This document shows positions 59,272 to 64,000 of a DNA stretch of 64,000 bases, piece by piece; position 1 is the stretch's first letter; each line of letters opens with the position of its first letter. This DNA is from Amoebidium appalachense (lineage: Eukaryota; Protista; Ichthyosporea). The stretch is taken from positions 3,763,098 through 3,827,097 of the forward strand of contig CAVNZM010000011.1 in the NCBI GenBank assembly GCA_963693365.1, written 5' to 3'. The notes under the pieces are model-generated. The model searched no databases. It was not told the origin of the DNA and saw only the letters and a program-made list of their open reading frames with translations. Made by a program: the position numbers and the translations under genes.

Positions 59272-60168
59272 AGGGAGGGGGGCACATTTGTCATAAGGAG
59301 AACGAACATGGACCATGGTTGGTATGAATTAAGAAATAACGAGGGGGATAAGTGTCTAAGAGCAGAGCAGGGTTGGGTGAGGAGGCAAATCCCGGTTCAA
59401 ATGATCAAGGGAAGGGGGGGGGGGGGGGGGGGAGGCAAGGGGTGGGAGGCGAAGTGGATGGGTAGCGAGAAGGTGTGGGGAAGGGGGGCAGCGAAGGGGG
59501 GAGAGGTGGCATGCGAATGCCAGAAGTGGGGAAAGCAAAGGGACGTCGAAAAGGCTTGGGATGAGCATTGGTGTGCACCTGCAAGCGGGAGAGGGAGGGG
59601 GGGGGGGGGGGGCGGGATGAGGAGGGGAGTGCGGGGGGGGGGGGCTGACTTCACTCTTTAGAAGGTGGTCTGTATAGTTGGTGTGAGAGCGAGGTAAGAG
59701 GGGGCAGATGGGGGCTGGTACAAGGGAAGGGGAGGGTCAAACCGTGTTACACAGAACGAAGTATGATTGTTCAAAACGGGGAGCATTAAGTAGGCATGCG
59801 AATATGAACACACAGGAGTATGCGACAGATCTAGATTGCCCCGTCCTAGGGTAGGGTGGAGGAGGGGGCAGGAAGGGAGGGATTGGAGCGGGTATAATTA
59901 GAAAGAACATGATATGACATCAAATGGATTACTCTCACATGTGCTACTTAGAGGACAACTGCATGCTAATGGTATGTGTCGCTACAGCCACACCTGCGGG
60001 GCAACAGCCCTTATTTGAGGTTTGTGTGTGTGTGTGTGTGTGTGGGGAGGGGGGGAGGGGGGGGGGGGGAGGGGGGGAGTTGTTGTTGTTGTTGCTTTTT
60101 AGGGTAGGCAGACCATCCTAAACGTTGGCCTCCCCGCCCTCCCCCCTTCCCCCCCCCCCCCCCCTTTC

Positions 60169-60199
<31 letters not shown>

Positions 60200-63100
60200 G
60201 GAGGGGGGGATCGTGACCCTGATGTCGAGTTCCACACCACTGGCTCGTTAAGTGCAAGAACCAACTGTCAGATGCATATGCATTGATTGATTGAAGAATG
60301 GTGGTTGGAAGCTGGAGAAAGCCACAGCACGTCCAAGTATGCCACGTGTGGCTAACCCATCGATAGCTGCATCGTGGAATGGTTGGGCTGGAAAAGACTT
60401 AAGGCCAGATCATGGGAGGGAAAAAAAAAAGAAGCCGAATCTTATGGGTGGATGGGTGGATGGGGAGGGGGGAGGGGGAGGGGGAGTGAGGGGTTCTTTC
60501 TCATGGTAGTTTTTATTAAGTGTTGGTCCTTCCAAGACAGTACTGTACTGAAGCATCACGAACCAAGGACAGACGGGTGAGGAACAGGAACGAACAAGTG
60601 CAGGAAGAGACGCCGGAGGTCGGACAGAGAAAGAGAGAAGGGGAGAGGGGAAGGGACTCGGAGAGAGATGGGGGGAGGGGGGAGGAGGGAGAAAAAATAG
60701 GCTCGAGAGAGAGAAAAAAGCAGCATGGTTTCTCTGCTGTATTCCATGAGTTCAAGTGTGCTTCTCCTCTCCTTCTCACTCCTACCCCGTGTGCTGTATG
60801 TACTTCGTAACTCTTGTTCACCAAACTTTACCCCCCCCCCCCCCCCCCCACCCTCCACCCGCCATCTAACCGTGAACAGCGGTTAAGCACAACAAATAGT
60901 TGTGGTGAGTTTTGCACACAGGAATGACAAAAAAAAAGTACCGGCCGCAAAGCGATGGAGCAAGGTGCCCGGCAGGAAGCAAGCAACTCCGAAACCAATG
61001 ACACAAAGGAAAGGAACGAAGAGTTACGCATCTCACAGGTAACTGGGTTCGGCCTGCCGGTTGCAACACGCCGGCCCGATCCACTTAACAGTGTGGAAAA
61101 ATCAATGACCGGTCTACTCAGTCTCCCGATTATTTCTCCACTTATGTGCCGTGCAGTGCTAACCCTGTGTGTCTCTAGATCTGCAACCCCGCCGCATAAC
61201 TCAAGAAACTTGTCAAAATGTTAGGGGTTGTGAAACTGTTACAACGGTTGAGACCTCCTTTCCCGCGCTTTTAGAGTTTTACTAGCGGAGACAGGCGTGA
61301 TGGCTAAGCAATTTTCAAGACCATTTTCTCGTTGGTCTTAAGTGATGGCTTTTTTTTGCTTTTTGGCTGATCGCCATGATGCAGTGTGATGATTTCAGAC
61401 AACAAGCTTTAGCCAGTCCCATGTTGAGCTTCTTTTCTCAAGATTTCTGTTTATTTTTCGTGAGTGAGTGGACTGTCACACCCTGAGTGTGCCCATTAAT
61501 ACCGATGTACGATACTATAGGCGTTATATATTCCCACTGTTGCAGAGACTATATTAGCTTGAAAGATGGTGAACTCCAAAAACTTCTTCAACACACACTG
61601 AGTCAGGCTGTGTGTTCAAAAATGCACCCAGGAGCATTTGATTGGCTGTCTTGCGCGCCAGATTTTCCGATATACCAAATATGGCGAACCGACATCCTTT
61701 AGCGACCGGGCCCGATCATTGGTTTGACCTGGAACTCCGGGTCGACTCGAAAGAACCGTTATGTAGTCTGCCTTCGATGGTTTTCTAGAATGGCGTGCAC
61801 TGCCAACCGAAAGTTCTGCCACAACATTCTAATAAACAGATTCTTCTAAGTAAGAAAAAAGTAAAAAAATGTCGAGGGAAAAAATACTATAAATGAATAC
61901 TTTTTTGTAGAAAAGTTGTCAGGTTCGGACAAGGATAATTGTAGAATACCAAGGTGGCTACTTGAGTTTTTGCGCTGGCATTCATCCCAATAAGGAAGTT
62001 ATAAACTTTCTAATCGAATCAACTTCGTTTACTAAATTTAAAAGTTCATTAGAAAGGACCCGGCACGCACGCCCCGCTGCCACCCACCCTTTTCTCTGTG
62101 TGCGTGCGAGCTGTCTGTGTGGACAACAAGAAGGAAACGTTTCGCTTGTGTTTACAACCGAAAAAATGATCGCTGTAAGTGTCTTTACTAAGCTAGTGAG
62201 AAAAAAAAAATACAGGGCGTAAGAAGTTGTAGCTGTAAGGCTTTGGTTTTAACATGCTCCTTTTTTGAGCGGGTGTAAAGTGGAATCAACAGAACAAGAA
62301 CATGCATAGGCTTCACCCTGTTTAGGATGTCACTTGCCACTCATTTTCCTGTCTATCTCTCCACGCGCCTTTTACAATGTCAGATGCCACGAAAATATTC
62401 TGAAGAATTAAAGCTGGATGAGTTCACACGGCCTACTTCTCTGTGTAGGAAAGAAACGTGTAGCAGCAAAAACAGGAGCCTTTACAGACCAAGCACGCAC
62501 TCATATAAGCACGGAAGTTGAGGGCACGGCAAACTGTATAGACGCGTGTAGTTCACGCACATCCGTGATTGCGCAGTCGATCACGTGAAGGTGGAACGTA
62601 GGTGTGAAGTATAGAACATGGTCTTTGGGCATGCTCTCACACGGGTTGTTCCCGCTTATGGGCAATATGCTTACCATTCCCTTTCCCTTACCCCCCCACC
62701 CCCCTCCGCCCTTTCCCTCTCCCTCTGCCGCCCTCCCCCCTTCCCTCGCCTCCTCCCCCTGTCTGTTTCTCCCGCAGCAAGCAGCAGTTCGTTTCCAGGC
62801 CCTGGTTGTCCCTGCGCGGTCCATCCACGTAAGTGTTCGGTGTGTTTGGTTGTGGCTGGGTGTGGGCACTTTTCGAGGGTGTGCCTGTGCCTATGCCTGT
62901 GCACATGCTTTGTACGTGTACGTTGACAGGTATCGACTCAGTGTCTTTTCCCTGTGTGTGTGTGTTGGGTGGTGAAAGGGGGGGGGGAGGGGAGGGGAGG
63001 AAGCTCTGGTTGTGACGGCATGTGTTGAAGCAGGGTAACACGTACATAGGACAAAGTGGGATGCTTTTGTGTGCAAGTCATTGGCTCGATAATGTGTGCA

Positions 63101-63618
63101 AGGCATCTGCCCTCTTTTTTTTTTAACTACCCTGAGTATACCTGCTTGGGGAACACTCACATTTTTATGTACGATCTGTTTTTCTGTGCAGTGAAGTTTA
63201 CAAATTCCTCCTGCCCTAATTTCATGTAACATGTCTTTCATAGAGCTTGGTACTCCTGTCCGTTCTTGCCTTTTTAGTCGTGTGTTTGGCCTGTGTCGGT
63301 GTTCACGATTGTGCTGATGTGTGCATTCGCCATAGCTTCTGCTGAGACGTTCTCTATACTCTTCTTCGATAGAAGACCCCACCTTTTTCTCGCTTTTTTT
63401 GGCAAGTTCTGTGTGCCCCTTCCAAAGGTTTTCTCGTGGGTCACTATGTTTTCTTCGATTTTACATTTTGTGGTGTATGTCCATCTATGCCTTTAATTGT
63501 CCGTCATGAATGTGTATCTCATACCACATGAGTGTGTATCTCATACCATACAACACATATTTAACCCTCACCCCTTCTCTCTTTCTCCGTCTTCTCGCCC
63601 CCTCCCCCCCCCCCCCCC

Positions 63619-63758
63619 TGGGTCCTCCCTGAGGATGGGCTCTGTTTATGACGCGTACTGTGCACACGGCTGATGTTGCATACTTGAATGTTTGCCTTTG
63701 CATGTGTCCTGCACCATACTTCTCGTCGTGTATGCGTACTTCGTACCGTGTTTCGCAT
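63619..63758 (+). mobile_element. Poly-C-associated element, subfamily B, 5'-truncated
   Basis: TGGGTCCTCCCTGAGGATGGGCTCTG..GTACTTCGTAC..CGCAT, between C-runs. Confidence 0.8.
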
Positions 63759-64000
63759 CCCCCCCCCCCCCCCCCCCCCCCCCTTCCTCTCTTATAACAC
63801 ACACACATGCACACCATTTCTGTACGTGGTGGGACTGTGCATACAACAAAGGGTATCTGTTGTGTTTACTATAGGATGGTAACATAAACTCCGGTTTCCC
63901 CACAAACATGCACTTCTTCCCGTCATCCCGCCAGGCATTCTACGTGCTGTACCTTTATCTGCCTTGTGCTCGTGTCTTGACCATCGAACCCCCCTCCACA

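Overview
Eukaryotic, very intron-rich DNA. Gene content and motifs suggest a unicellular opisthokont, but this is inference only. Introns and intergenic DNA are saturated with poly-C/poly-G and (CA)n/(TG)n tracts, so most ORFs in the supplied track are repeat artefacts. By reading GT-AG exon chains I reconstructed these genes: the 3' part of AP-2 mu (+, 597-4516); a complete 27-exon Sec24A/B-type gene (-, 7121-29483); a 6-exon p24alpha/TMED9-type gene (+, 30241-36692), head-to-head with Sec24; an intronless C2H2 zinc-finger gene (-); a hypothetical spliced gene (-); and a class C GPCR-like 7TM gene with no Venus flytrap domain (+). There is also a decayed APE+RT LINE (-, about 46391-51362). 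The most striking unexplained signal is a 100-450 bp non-coding element present in 12 copies and at least two subfamilies. It has a fixed 3' end (..CGCATTCAAAC) and variable 5' truncation, and it sits in poly-C tracts on the C strand. It carries a pseudoknotted fold supported by compensatory changes, with hammerhead-like core segments in a non-standard order. In two old copies its 3' end reads as a branch-point consensus upstream of a host splice acceptor. All five reading-frame breaks in the window are +1, which could be sequencing error.
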